DNA of 64,000 nucleotides from contig CALGLP010000006.1 in NCBI GenBank assembly GCA_937930175.1, positions 1,749 to 65,748 of the forward strand, written 5' to 3'. Each line of letters starts with the position of its first letter. The first letter of the stretch is position 1. Below the pieces are notes generated by a model. It was not told the origin of the DNA. It saw only the letters and a list, made by a program, of their open reading frames with translations, and made no database searches. Source of the DNA: an uncultured bacterium (lineage in GTDB: Bacteria; Omnitrophota; Gorgyraeia; Zapsychrales; Aceulaceae). Below are positions 1 through 9,345 of this stretch, piece by piece. Both the position numbers and the translations under genes were made by a program.

Positions 1-176
1 TCAAATTTTATGAATTAGCTTTTCTTTTGATATAATTTTGAGATAATAAATGAAGCTAATCATCGTAGAATGAGTTAAAAATAAGTTATTTGGCGGAATT
101 TCATTCATTTATTATTTTGAAGGATGCGAGGCAATGTTTTTATTCTATAAACATTTGATAAGGGTAGGATCACATT

Positions 177-575
177 ATGAATCAACAATTTGACGCAGTT
201 ATGGATATGATTTGCGAAAAGGACTCTCGCTATAAGAGGGAGGCCTATGAGTTTGTTATGGAGGCTTTAACCTATACCCAAAAACGTTTTCGTCGCGCAA
301 AGCATGTCACAGGCGCAGAACTTTTGGTTGGGATTAAGCAGCTTCTTCAGCGTAAATTTGGCTTGATGACCATGACGGTTCTTGAGTATTGGGGAATTAA
401 GAACACGCAAGATTTTGGACATATCGTTTTTAATCTTGTGAATTATAAGATGCTTAGTAAAACCGAAGAAGATACCTTAGAAAGTTTTCAGAATGTTTAT
501 GACTTTCGAGAAGTCTTTGATGTGGGATATCGCAAGAGATTTCATCGCCAGGTAAGCCGCATGAGGAATTTTTAA
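177..575 (+). CDS. Conserved hypothetical small protein (resembles PVC-superphylum 'Minf_1886'-type family)
   Basis: 132 aa ORF. RBS-like AGGA upstream. Family assignment is from recalled sequence pattern only (DSRYK...EAYEFV...GxELL...FNLV motifs). Confidence 0.35.
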   Translation: MNQQFDAVMDMICEKDSRYKREAYEFVMEALTYTQKRFRRAKHVTGAELLVGIKQLLQRKFGLMTMTVLEYWGIKNTQDFGHIVFNLVNYKMLSKTEEDTLESFQNVYDFREVFDVGYRKRFHRQVSRMRNF

Positions 576-591
576 CCAAGGAGGAACCCAT

Positions 592-1149
592 ATGATGATC
601 GTTGGTGTTGTGTTATTGGTTGTTGTGGCGGTAGCGTTTCTTTTATCTGTAGCTGTTTATAATGCTTTGATTGGGATGCGTCAGGCTGTTCAGAATGGAT
701 GGTCGCAAATTGATGTTCAGCTAAAAAGGCGCCACGACTTAATTCCTAATCTCATTGAAATTGCTAAGGGGTATATGGCCCATGAGCGCCAAACCTTGGA
801 AAACGTGGTCAAGGCTCGCCAGCAGGCTGTGGATGCCAGCGGACTTCAAGATAAACAGCAGGCGGAGAATTTTCTGTCAAGTACTTTGCGAAGCCTTTTT
901 GCGGTTGTTGAGAATTATCCCAATTTAAAAGCGGATCAGCAGATGTTGCGTCTTCATGAAGAGTTGACGTCCACGGAAAACAAAATTGCCTTTGCCCGTC
1001 AATATTACAACGATGAGGTGACGCGTTTTAACACCGCGGCCCAGACCTTTCCTAATAACATCGTTGCCGTTCTTTTTAATTTTAAGTCCTATGATTTCTT
1101 TGAAATTGTTAATCCTGCAGAAAAAGAAGTGCCGCAGGTTAAATTCTAA
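592..1149 (+). CDS. LemA family membrane protein
   Basis: N-terminal TM helix, then LemA-like region (NALIGMRQAVQNGWSQIDVQLKRRHDLIPNLIE...). RBS AAGGAGG 8 nt upstream. Paired with the downstream M48 peptidase gene. Confidence 0.8.
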   Translation: MMIVGVVLLVVVAVAFLLSVAVYNALIGMRQAVQNGWSQIDVQLKRRHDLIPNLIEIAKGYMAHERQTLENVVKARQQAVDASGLQDKQQAENFLSSTLRSLFAVVENYPNLKADQQMLRLHEELTSTENKIAFARQYYNDEVTRFNTAAQTFPNNIVAVLFNFKSYDFFEIVNPAEKEVPQVKF

Positions 1150-1172
1150 CTGGTTATCTTTGTAGATTCTTT

Positions 1173-2849
1173 ATGCCTTACTCGTTTACGCAGATCGAAA
1201 AAGACAAGGGCCGCGTTATCGTCCTTGTCTTTTTTTCTTTAATTGTCTTTTATTTTTTGACCGCGCTGATCCTTTATTGGTCCATCAAGGGTTTTCTTAT
1301 TCTTCAAATCAATGCCGAGTCTGAGCGCACAAACATTCCTTATCAATGGATGTGGCTCTATCCTAAGGAAATGATTGCGATCGTTTCTGTTGCCCTCATT
1401 GTTGGCATAGGGCATTGGTTTTTTACCATGGATCATCTTGTGGAAAAGATGCTAGGTGCCTTAAGGGCAGAGGCTTTGAATCCTAGCGATAAGTATCATC
1501 GTATGTTTCAAAATATTGTTGATGAAGTTTCCGTGGCCACAGGAGGAACGCCCATGGAAGGCGTTGTTATCCCCACGATGGCCATGAATGCTTTTGCGGT
1601 TGCCGACTTTAGCGGACGCAACGTCATTGGCGTGACTGAGGGACTTTTGGCAAGGCTCACACGCGCCGAAATTGAAGCTGTCGTTGGACATGAAGCAGCC
1701 CATATTGTCTCGGGCGATTGCTTGAGTGCTACCGTAACAACGTCATTGTTTGAGCTTTATAACTCGATGCGTATTGGCCTTGGAGAAATGATTTCATCTT
1801 CGAGGTCCCAAGGAAAAAAGTCTGATGGCGTGGTTTATTTGTCGTACGGTGTTTTGACGGCGGCAACCTTTATGGGAAAGATCCTGCGTATGTTTATTTC
1901 ACGTCAACGGGAGTTGCGTGCTGACGCTGCTGCGGTTCGTCTCACACGTGACCCGTTAAGCCTTTCTCAATCCCTTTATACGATTTCTTCACGTTGGCGC
2001 GGGGCAGGGCTTTCTGGGGAGAATTTAGAAGCCATTTTTATTGTCAATCCACGTTTTAGCCGGCTTGATGAGTCGCAAGGATTCTTTGCTAATCTTTTTT
2101 CAACGCATCCACCGGTTGCAGAGCGTTTGAGCATTTTACTTGACATGGCCCACAGTGACGCCAAGGTTTTAGAAAAAAAATTCCTTGAACGGCAAAATTA
2201 TCCGCGAACTCTGGCACCGGAAACGCCCGGTGCATCTTTATCTCTTGTGAATACTTCTAGTGAAAAGAATTGGATTGTTAATAAGGATGGCCAATGGCAA
2301 GGACCATTTTCGTTGTTAGATTTGGCGAATCCTGGTTTTCTCCAAGTTGATACGTGGGTGAAAAAGCTTGGTAGCGAACGTATTGAGCAAGCGTTTGAAA
2401 ACACAGAAACCCGTGATTTTCTTTGGAAAAAGAATCAGCAACAGACGCTTCTTTGTCCCAAGTGCCGTGTTTCTTTGTTTTCTGAGGCTTATGAGGGAGC
2501 ATCTATCTATCGTTGTCAGGCTTGCAATGGGGTTTTGGTGCATGAAAACGATGTCGAACGTATTGTGATTCGCCAGGAGTATGATTTCTCGCCACGGATT
2601 AAAGAAATTGCCCAGAAACTTTATCAGGAAGCGAGCAAAAAGTTACCGCACATTGATTTAACAAATGCCAATCTTTATGCCTGTCCGCAATGTCAGCATA
2701 TTAAGGCAAAAATGCCGCGCATGCTGTATTCCTTGGTATATCCTGTGGTGATTGATAAATGTAGTTTCTGTGGTTTTGCATGGTTTGACAAAGATGAACT
2801 CGAAATTTTGCAGTGCATGATTGAGCAGGCTGATCAGAAGAATGCATAA
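1173..2849 (+). CDS. M48-family zinc metallopeptidase (HtpX-like) with C-terminal GYF-like and zinc-ribbon modules
   Basis: N-terminal TM helices. HExxH motif (VVGHEAAHIVSGD). C-terminal half has a DGQWQGPFSLLDL GYF-like segment and two CxxC...CxxC zinc ribbons. Confidence 0.7.
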   Translation: MPYSFTQIEKDKGRVIVLVFFSLIVFYFLTALILYWSIKGFLILQINAESERTNIPYQWMWLYPKEMIAIVSVALIVGIGHWFFTMDHLVEKMLGALRAEALNPSDKYHRMFQNIVDEVSVATGGTPMEGVVIPTMAMNAFAVADFSGRNVIGVTEGLLARLTRAEIEAVVGHEAAHIVSGDCLSATVTTSLFELYNSMRIGLGEMISSSRSQGKKSDGVVYLSYGVLTAATFMGKILRMFISRQRELRADAAAVRLTRDPLSLSQSLYTISSRWRGAGLSGENLEAIFIVNPRFSRLDESQGFFANLFSTHPPVAERLSILLDMAHSDAKVLEKKFLERQNYPRTLAPETPGASLSLVNTSSEKNWIVNKDGQWQGPFSLLDLANPGFLQVDTWVKKLGSERIEQAFENTETRDFLWKKNQQQTLLCPKCRVSLFSEAYEGASIYRCQACNGVLVHENDVERIVIRQEYDFSPRIKEIAQKLYQEASKKLPHIDLTNANLYACPQCQHIKAKMPRMLYSLVYPVVIDKCSFCGFAWFDKDELEILQCMIEQADQKNA

Positions 2850-4929
2850 TCTCTCCGCAACTTCCATTCAGTATCTTAAAGGTGTTGGGCCTAAGCGCAA
2901 AGAAACCTTTGAACGTTTGGGCGTTACAACGGTCGAAGACCTTCTTTATTTCTTTCCCAGGCGTTATGAGGACCGCACGAAAATGACGCCTTTGTCCCAG
3001 CTTAAAGTCGGTGAATGGCAAATCGTAACGGGAAAAATCTTAAACCACAGCGGCCGCCAAAGTTGGTATACAAAAAAACATGTTTATGAAGTGGAGTTAG
3101 GGGATGAGACTTCGCGTATTTTTTGTGTGTGGTTTAACCGTCCGTATCTTGATCGTTATTTTAAGGCAGGCCAACAGCTTGTTGTTTATGGCAAGGTGGA
3201 TTTGTATAAGGACCGTTTTCAGCTCAATTCCCCAGATTATGAAATAATTACCGACGATGAAGAGGAGCAATCTTTAAGCTTAGGGCGTATTGTTCCGGTC
3301 TATCCAGCTACGCGTGGGATCAGCCAAAGGTATTTGCGTAAGACAATGAACGCTTGTTTGGAAAAATATGCATCATCCCTGGAAGATATTTTGCCTTATG
3401 ATCTTCGCAAGAAATATAAGCTTTATAATCTTGTTAAAAGTCTTGGTCAAATTCATTTTCCGGAAAATTTTAATGCGCAAGAGGCGGCTTACAAGCGTGT
3501 TTCATTTGAAGAATTCTTTTTGTTTCAGATCTCTGTCTTTTTGAGGCGCTTGAGCATTGTGACCAAAAAAGGGATTGCGCATCAGATCGATGAAGGTTTT
3601 TACAAGAAATTTATTGGGCTTTTTCCCTTTGAATTGACCTCGGCTCAGATAAAGGTGATTAAGGAAATTGCAGGCAATTTAAGTGCTCCATCACCCATGC
3701 ATCGGCTTTTGCAAGGGGATGTGGGTTCAGGAAAAACATTGGTTGCTTTTTTTGGATGTCTAGCCGCTGTTGACAATGGGTATCAAGCTGCGTTGATGGC
3801 GCCAACTGAAATCCTTGCGCGTCAGCATTTTCAGAATTTAACGAAAATTCTTGAGGGTTCTGTTTTTAAAGATGTCTCGGTTAAGCTTTTGACTAATGAG
3901 CTTGATCCTAAAGATCGCGTAGGTATTGTTGAAGATACAAAGCAAGGCAAGGTGGATATCCTGATTGGTACCCATGCCTTGATTCAAAATGAGGTCTATT
4001 TTAAGAATTTAAGCTTTGCGGTCATTGATGAACAGCATAAATTTGGTGTGCGCCAGCGAGCGCTTTTATCCGCCAAGGGAAGGAATCCGGATATCTTGGT
4101 TATGACAGCAACGCCGATTCCGCGGACCTTGTGCCTCACTCTTTATGGTGATTTAGATGTTTCCACGATCAACGAGATTCCTCCTGGTCGAGGAACCGTG
4201 AGTACGTTTCTTTTTCAAAATGAAAACGCAGGGCAAGCGTATCGCATGGTTGCCGAGGCTGTCAAACGTGGCGAACAGGCGTATATTATTTATCCGATTA
4301 TCGACGACTCTGAGAAGCTTGACTTAAAATCCGCCCAGCAGATGTTCAAGGAGCTTCAGGCGCTTGTCTTTAAAGAATACAAGCTTGGGCTTTTGCATGG
4401 CCAGATGAAAAAACAGCAGGCACAAGTGGTCATGAAAAAGTTTATTGAAAAAGAAATTGATATTTTGGTCGCAACGACTATCCTAGAGGTAGGCGTGGAT
4501 GTCCCCAACGCAACGATGATGGTCATTGAGCATGCGGATCGTTTTGGCCTTTCGACCCTTCATCAGCTGCGTGGACGTATTGGCCGCGGGGCAAAGGATG
4601 CCAAGTGCTTGCTCGTTGCCGAGGCCGCAACCCTGGAGGCCCAGGCGCGCATGGATGCGATTTTATCCACGAATGATGGTTTTGTGATCGCGCAAAAAGA
4701 TTTGATGATCCGAGGGCCTGGGGAATTCTTTGGCCGTCATCAGCATGGGCTTAATGAACTTAAAGTGGCTAATCCGCAGACACAGCTTGATGTTTTGGAG
4801 CAAGCCCGCGAAGAAGCTATGCATATTGTCAAGGATGACCCTCGTCTTGAAAAGAAGGCATCGGTAACGATTAAGCAGGTTATTTTGAAACGTTATCCAG
4901 CCTATTTGGCGAATATTTTGTCAGGATGA
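2821..4929 (+). CDS. recG: ATP-dependent DNA helicase RecG
   Basis: 702 aa. N-terminal wedge/OB region, Walker A GSGKT, DEQH box, helicase C motifs (QLRGRIGRG). Confidence 0.9.
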   Translation: MSRLIRRMHNLSATSIQYLKGVGPKRKETFERLGVTTVEDLLYFFPRRYEDRTKMTPLSQLKVGEWQIVTGKILNHSGRQSWYTKKHVYEVELGDETSRIFCVWFNRPYLDRYFKAGQQLVVYGKVDLYKDRFQLNSPDYEIITDDEEEQSLSLGRIVPVYPATRGISQRYLRKTMNACLEKYASSLEDILPYDLRKKYKLYNLVKSLGQIHFPENFNAQEAAYKRVSFEEFFLFQISVFLRRLSIVTKKGIAHQIDEGFYKKFIGLFPFELTSAQIKVIKEIAGNLSAPSPMHRLLQGDVGSGKTLVAFFGCLAAVDNGYQAALMAPTEILARQHFQNLTKILEGSVFKDVSVKLLTNELDPKDRVGIVEDTKQGKVDILIGTHALIQNEVYFKNLSFAVIDEQHKFGVRQRALLSAKGRNPDILVMTATPIPRTLCLTLYGDLDVSTINEIPPGRGTVSTFLFQNENAGQAYRMVAEAVKRGEQAYIIYPIIDDSEKLDLKSAQQMFKELQALVFKEYKLGLLHGQMKKQQAQVVMKKFIEKEIDILVATTILEVGVDVPNATMMVIEHADRFGLSTLHQLRGRIGRGAKDAKCLLVAEAATLEAQARMDAILSTNDGFVIAQKDLMIRGPGEFFGRHQHGLNELKVANPQTQLDVLEQAREEAMHIVKDDPRLEKKASVTIKQVILKRYPAYLANILSG

Positions 4930-5100
4930 AAAGAAGGTTTAAAGGGGTAGAGGACTAAAGGATTTTAGGAAAGTCAAAAGCAAAAGAATCAAGAATTAAA
5001 ATATATGTTATGTAAAATCGGTATGTTTCGACTTTTTATTTTAGTTCTTTTTGATGTCCCTTAAACCCTTTGATCCTTTAATTCTTTAACCCTATAGTTA
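4930..5100. repeat. Intergenic block with inverted TTTAAAGGGG / CCCTTTAA-type arms (solo palindromic element, CCTTTAA family)
   Basis: ggtttaaaggggtagagg ... cccttaaaccctttgatcctttaattctttaaccc. Same motif family at 6590-6650, 10490-10530 and in the cassette-4 flanks. Confidence 0.3.
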
Positions 5101-5102
5101 CT

Positions 5103-5666
5103 ATGAAAATACTCTCAGGTCGTCTTAAAGGTCGAAATTTTTATATGCCCTATGGCATAAGGCCCACATCTGATGTGATCCGGAAATCATTGTTTGATAT
5201 CCTGGGTCCTGACATTGAGGGCGTTGATTTTCTTGACCTTTTTTCTGGTAGCGGAGCTGTGGGCTTAGAGGCTATTTCGCGTGGCGCTAAAAATATTACC
5301 TTTGTGGAAAAAGACCCCAAACATGTTTCTGTGATCGAAGAAAACCTTGTGCTTCTTGAACTGCCCCTGGAAGAGCGCAAGGAGCGCTATTTTCTTGTTG
5401 AAAAAGGTGATGCGTTCGCGGTGATCAAGTCCTTGCATGCCAAAGGAAAACGGTTTGATACGGTCTTTGTTGACCCTCCATACAGTCGAGAACTTGCAAA
5501 AAAAGCCTTGAAAACCCTATGTGCCTATGATATAGTTAAGCCCAATTCGTTGGTCATATTTCAGCACGAGAAAAGAGAGGCTTTGCCACAAGCGCAAGGC
5601 CGTTTTTCTATTGAGAGGGTTAGGACGTTCGGAGCATCACTGTTAACCATGTACAGGAGCACATGA
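5103..5666 (+). CDS. rsmD: 16S rRNA (guanine966-N2)-methyltransferase RsmD
   Basis: FLDLFSGSGAVGLEAISRGA SAM motif and DPPY motif. Confidence 0.85.
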   Translation: MKILSGRLKGRNFYMPYGIRPTSDVIRKSLFDILGPDIEGVDFLDLFSGSGAVGLEAISRGAKNITFVEKDPKHVSVIEENLVLLELPLEERKERYFLVEKGDAFAVIKSLHAKGKRFDTVFVDPPYSRELAKKALKTLCAYDIVKPNSLVIFQHEKREALPQAQGRFSIERVRTFGASLLTMYRST

Positions 5667-5667
5667 C

Positions 5668-6150
5668 GTGTCACAATTAGCGGTTTATCCAGGGACCTTT
5701 GACCCCATCACGTATGGACATATTGATCTGATTGAGCGCGCACGCCATATTTTTCCCCAAGTGATCGTTGCGGTTGCAGGGACTTCACGAAAAAAGTTGC
5801 TTTTTGATGCGCAAGAACGTGTCGAGATGGTGCGGCGCGCAACCAAAGGCTTAAGCGGGGTCAAGGTGGAAGTTTTTGATGGACTGGTTGTTGATTTTGC
5901 CAAAAAGAATAAGACCCATATCTTGATCCGCGGCTTGCGCATGATTTCTGATTTTGAATATGAATTTCAAATGACGCTGACCAATCGTCGGCTTGCTGAA
6001 GAGGTGGAGACTGTTTTTTTGATGCCGTCGGAAAAATATTTTTTTATTTCGTCAACCCTTTTAAAAGAAGTTGCAGCTCTTGGCGCTGATATATCAACCT
6101 TTGTTCCTCCCTTTGTTGCGCAACAGTTAAAAGCAAAATTGAAATTATGA
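5668..6150 (+). CDS. coaD: Phosphopantetheine adenylyltransferase CoaD
   Basis: GTG start. YPGTFDPITYGHIDLIERA HxGH-type nucleotidyltransferase motif. 160 aa. Confidence 0.9.
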   Translation: MSQLAVYPGTFDPITYGHIDLIERARHIFPQVIVAVAGTSRKKLLFDAQERVEMVRRATKGLSGVKVEVFDGLVVDFAKKNKTHILIRGLRMISDFEYEFQMTLTNRRLAEEVETVFLMPSEKYFFISSTLLKEVAALGADISTFVPPFVAQQLKAKLKL

Positions 6151-6578
6151 AAATTGTGGTGAAGGCGATCCCTTTTGCAGGTGTTGATATCCAGGGGACG
6201 ATTAGTGCAGATGAGTTAACGATTCGGCCTGAAGAAATCAAGTGCCTTGAGCCTTTGGTGATGATGGGTCGCGCAGAAAAACAAGGCCATATTATTCATG
6301 CGTGGGGCAAGGCCAAGACACGGTTCCATTATGTGTGCGCGCGCTGTCTTGCCGTTTTTGATAAAGATTTCCACCAAGACTTTGATTTTCATTATGCGAT
6401 TGACGCGCAGATGACCGTTCTTGATGTCGGGGAAGATATTCGTCAAGAAATTATCCTCGGTTTTCCAGAGCGCATTTTATGTGATGAAGGGTGTCGGGGG
6501 CTTTGCGCAGGTTGCGGGGTTGATCTGAATGTGGAAACGTGTGAATGTACGAAATCTAAAAAAGGGGTCAAGGAATAA
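6147..6578 (+). CDS. yceD: YceD/DUF177 family protein (large ribosomal subunit accumulation protein)
   Basis: C-terminal CxxC...CxxC motifs (CARCLAVFD...CAGCGVDLN). Conserved position immediately upstream of rpmF-plsX. Confidence 0.75.
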   Translation: MKIVVKAIPFAGVDIQGTISADELTIRPEEIKCLEPLVMMGRAEKQGHIIHAWGKAKTRFHYVCARCLAVFDKDFHQDFDFHYAIDAQMTVLDVGEDIRQEIILGFPERILCDEGCRGLCAGCGVDLNVETCECTKSKKGVKE

Positions 6579-6651
6579 AGGAGCCAAGGGGGGAGATAAA
6601 ACGTTCCCTTAAGTCCTGTAATCCTTTAATCCTCAACAAAAGGAGATTGTT

Positions 6652-6852
6652 ATGCCATTACCAAAACGACAACATTCAAGACAGCGTGGACGCAAGCGTC
6701 GAACGCATTGGAAAATTACGCTACCGTCCTTAGGGCTTTGCAGCCATTGCGGCAAACAGGTTTTACCTCATCGTGTTTGCCCATTTTGCGGTCACTACAA
6801 GGATAAGCAGGTTGTTGAGATCAAGATCAAAGAAAAGAAAAAGACAAAGTAG
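6652..6852 (+). CDS. rpmF: 50S ribosomal protein L32
   Basis: MPLPKRQHSRQRGRKRR N-terminus and CxxC...CxxC zinc ribbon. Lies between yceD and plsX. Confidence 0.85.
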   Translation: MPLPKRQHSRQRGRKRRTHWKITLPSLGLCSHCGKQVLPHRVCPFCGHYKDKQVVEIKIKEKKKTK

Positions 6853-6950
6853 TATCTCGTATGTAGTATTTTGTATTTAGCAAGTCAAGTGATTTCGTTG
6901 TTCACCAAATACTGTATGCTAACGACTAAATACTTCTGGAGGTCGTTGCC
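6853..6950. repeat. Intergenic palindromic element (GTATTTAG/CTAAATAC family)
   Basis: gtatttagcaagtc ... gacTAAATAC inverted arms between rpmF and plsX. Same motif family as the repeats flanking four-helix-bundle cassette 2. Confidence 0.35.
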
Positions 6951-7952
6951 ATGAATATTATTGTTGATGCGATGGGCGGAGATCATGCGCCCAAAGAAAT
7001 TGTTCAAGGCGTTGTTGAGGCTGTTAAGGCCTTTGATGTTTGCGTGACCTTGATTGGCATTGAGCCGCAGGTGCGCCAAGAGCTCGCCAAATATGAGTAC
7101 CCTAACGATCGTATTGAGCTGATTCATGCGGATGAAACCATTGACATGCATGATGTGGCAACAAGTTCGATTCGTAAAAAGAAAAACTCCTCGATTTCCG
7201 TTGGCATTAATCTCCTTAAAGATTCAAAAAAATATCATGCCTTTATCAGCGCTGGTAATACCGGCGCTGTGGTGTGTGCCTCGACGTTTTTCTTAGGCAT
7301 GCTTCCTGGCGTTGAGCGTCCAGCCATCGGCTTGGCGATCCCCACGTTAAAAAATTTTGCATTTCTTATCGATGTTGGCGCCAATACGGACCCCAAGCCT
7401 GAACATCTTTTGCAATCCGCTATCATGGCCAAGGTGTATGCGCAAAAAGTTATGAATATCAATGATCCGCGCATTGGATTGCTTAATATCGGTGCTGAAG
7501 AAACCAAGGGAACGGACTTTATCAAAGAGACCCACCGTCTTTTTCTAGACCGCCTTTCTAATTTTGCCGGCAATATCGAGGCCAATGAAATCTTTTCTGG
7601 TCGCTGTGATTGTATTATTTGCGATGGGTATGTGGGCAATGTCGTGATCAAGATCTCGGAAAGCTTGATGGAGTCAACCCTGGCGCTTGTCCGTCGAGAG
7701 GTAAAGAAGAGCCCTGTCGCGATGCTAGGAGCCCTTTTGATGAAGTCGTGCATGAAAGATATCAAGAAACACGCGGATTATAGTGAATATGGCGGCGCCC
7801 CGCTTTTAGGCGTCAATGGCCTTGTGATGATTAGCCATGGCCGCTCCAACGCCAAAGCGATTAAAAATGCGATCCGTGCCACGATTCGAGAGATTGAAAA
7901 CAATATGATTGATCATGTGATCAAAGAGGTTACGAACAATGAAGCACGTTGA
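6951..7952 (+). CDS. plsX: Phosphate acyltransferase PlsX
   Basis: 333 aa, full-length PlsX-like sequence. Canonical position before fabH. Confidence 0.9.
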   Translation: MNIIVDAMGGDHAPKEIVQGVVEAVKAFDVCVTLIGIEPQVRQELAKYEYPNDRIELIHADETIDMHDVATSSIRKKKNSSISVGINLLKDSKKYHAFISAGNTGAVVCASTFFLGMLPGVERPAIGLAIPTLKNFAFLIDVGANTDPKPEHLLQSAIMAKVYAQKVMNINDPRIGLLNIGAEETKGTDFIKETHRLFLDRLSNFAGNIEANEIFSGRCDCIICDGYVGNVVIKISESLMESTLALVRREVKKSPVAMLGALLMKSCMKDIKKHADYSEYGGAPLLGVNGLVMISHGRSNAKAIKNAIRATIREIENNMIDHVIKEVTNNEAR

Positions 7953-8916
7953 GATCATGAGTGTGGGCCATTATGTTCCTTCGAAAAGGCTGACCAATGC
8001 CGATTTAGAGAAAATGGTGGATACCTCCGACGAGTGGATCATTTCCCGCACGGGGATCAAAGAGCGTCGCATTGCTGGGGAGCACGAGAAAACAAGTCAT
8101 TTGGCTATTGAGGCCGCGCGTCAAGCTCTTCATAATGCCAAGCTTTCTCCTTTAAAAGTCGAACTTATCGTTGTTGCCACAACGTCGCCTGATAGCAGCT
8201 TTCCATCTGTGGCTTGTCTTGTTCAAAAAGCGTTGGGCATCAAGAATGCCGTGGCCTTTGATGTTTCGGCGGCTTGCGCTGGATTTGTCTACGCATTATC
8301 AACTGCGCATCAGTTTTTGTTAGCGGGCAGTTACAAAAATGCCCTGGTGGTCGCAGCCGACAGGCTCACCACGATGATCGATTGGCAGGATCGCGGGACC
8401 TGTGTCTTGTTTGGAGATGGGGCCGGGGCTTGTGTGATCGAAAAGTCGTCAAGAAACGGTATTCTTTCCGAGCATTTAGAAAGTTTTGGTGAATATGGCG
8501 AGATGATGCAGGTCATTACTCCGGAGACGCGACATCCATCGAGACCTAAGCAGGCCGAGGGCGTTTTGCCTTATATTCGGATGCAAGGCCCGGAGCTTTT
8601 TAAGATCGCGGTCAATTCCATGGCGGATTGCGTTGAGAAGGCCCTTCAAAAAGCCAAGATTGAAATTGCGGATGTGGCGTGTGTTGTTCCGCATCAGGCC
8701 AATGATCGTATTATTAGCGCAGTTGCCAAAAAACTCAATATCCCTAAGGAAAAGTTTTTTATCAATATTGAGAAATACGGTAACATGTCGGCGGCTTCGG
8801 CTGCGGTTGCGTTTTATGAGGCTATCCAGGTCGAGCGTATCCGCAAAGGCGACTATGTTGTGATCGTTGCCTTTGGCGCAGGCTTGGTTTCAGGAGCAAT
8901 GGTCATTAAATGGTAA
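7939..8916 (+). CDS. fabH: 3-oxoacyl-ACP synthase III
   Basis: 325 aa. Active-site Cys context (AACAGF) and C-terminal His/Asn regions. Confidence 0.9.
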   Translation: MKHVEIMSVGHYVPSKRLTNADLEKMVDTSDEWIISRTGIKERRIAGEHEKTSHLAIEAARQALHNAKLSPLKVELIVVATTSPDSSFPSVACLVQKALGIKNAVAFDVSAACAGFVYALSTAHQFLLAGSYKNALVVAADRLTTMIDWQDRGTCVLFGDGAGACVIEKSSRNGILSEHLESFGEYGEMMQVITPETRHPSRPKQAEGVLPYIRMQGPELFKIAVNSMADCVEKALQKAKIEIADVACVVPHQANDRIISAVAKKLNIPKEKFFINIEKYGNMSAASAAVAFYEAIQVERIRKGDYVVIVAFGAGLVSGAMVIKW

Positions 8917-9345
8917 TTATTAGCGTATGGCGTTTAGCGGATAGTCGATAGAAAAAGATATGCAAACAAAAAGTTTTAAAGATTTGATTGTCTGGCAGAA
9001 ATCATTTTTGCTGGTAAAAGAAACTTATTGTTTAGCTAAAGATTTTCCAAGAGAAGAGATCTATAGTTTATCCCAGCAAATGAAGCGAGCGGCTGTATCT
9101 ATCCCTTCTAATATTGCAGAAGGTTATGGCCGACGACATCAAAAAGAATACAAGCAATCATTATCTGTTGCGTATGGTTCATTGTGTGAGCTGGAAACAC
9201 AGTATTTATTATCCGTTGAGCTAAATTTCTTAAAGAAGTCTGACGTCTTTGATGGTTTGCTTAAAGAAGTCGGCAGTATGCTTTATCGAATGCTGAACCC
9301 TAAAATTTAACAAAAACTAACCGCTATACGCTATTTGCTTTCCGC
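8917..9345 (+). mobile_element. IR-flanked four-helix-bundle gene cassette 1 (rRNA-IVS-like element) inserted between fabH and fabD
   Basis: Inverted arms tagcgtatggcg (8921-8932) and cgctatacgcta (9322-9333) bracket a 116 aa ORF. Confidence 0.45.
8960..9310 (+). CDS. Four-helix-bundle protein (23S rRNA intervening sequence protein family)
   Basis: Hallmark sequence WQKSFLLVKETY...KRAAVSIPSNIAEGYGR...GSLCELETQ. 116 aa. Confidence 0.8.
   Translation: MQTKSFKDLIVWQKSFLLVKETYCLAKDFPREEIYSLSQQMKRAAVSIPSNIAEGYGRRHQKEYKQSLSVAYGSLCELETQYLLSVELNFLKKSDVFDGLLKEVGSMLYRMLNPKI

Noticed and set aside
1239-2867. Multiple 60-110-aa antisense ORFs inside the M48 peptidase gene (and similar ones inside recG, fabH, Rhs and the kinases)
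   Set aside because: They are embedded on the opposite strand of long, well-supported genes and show no conservation signals. These are typical six-frame noise.
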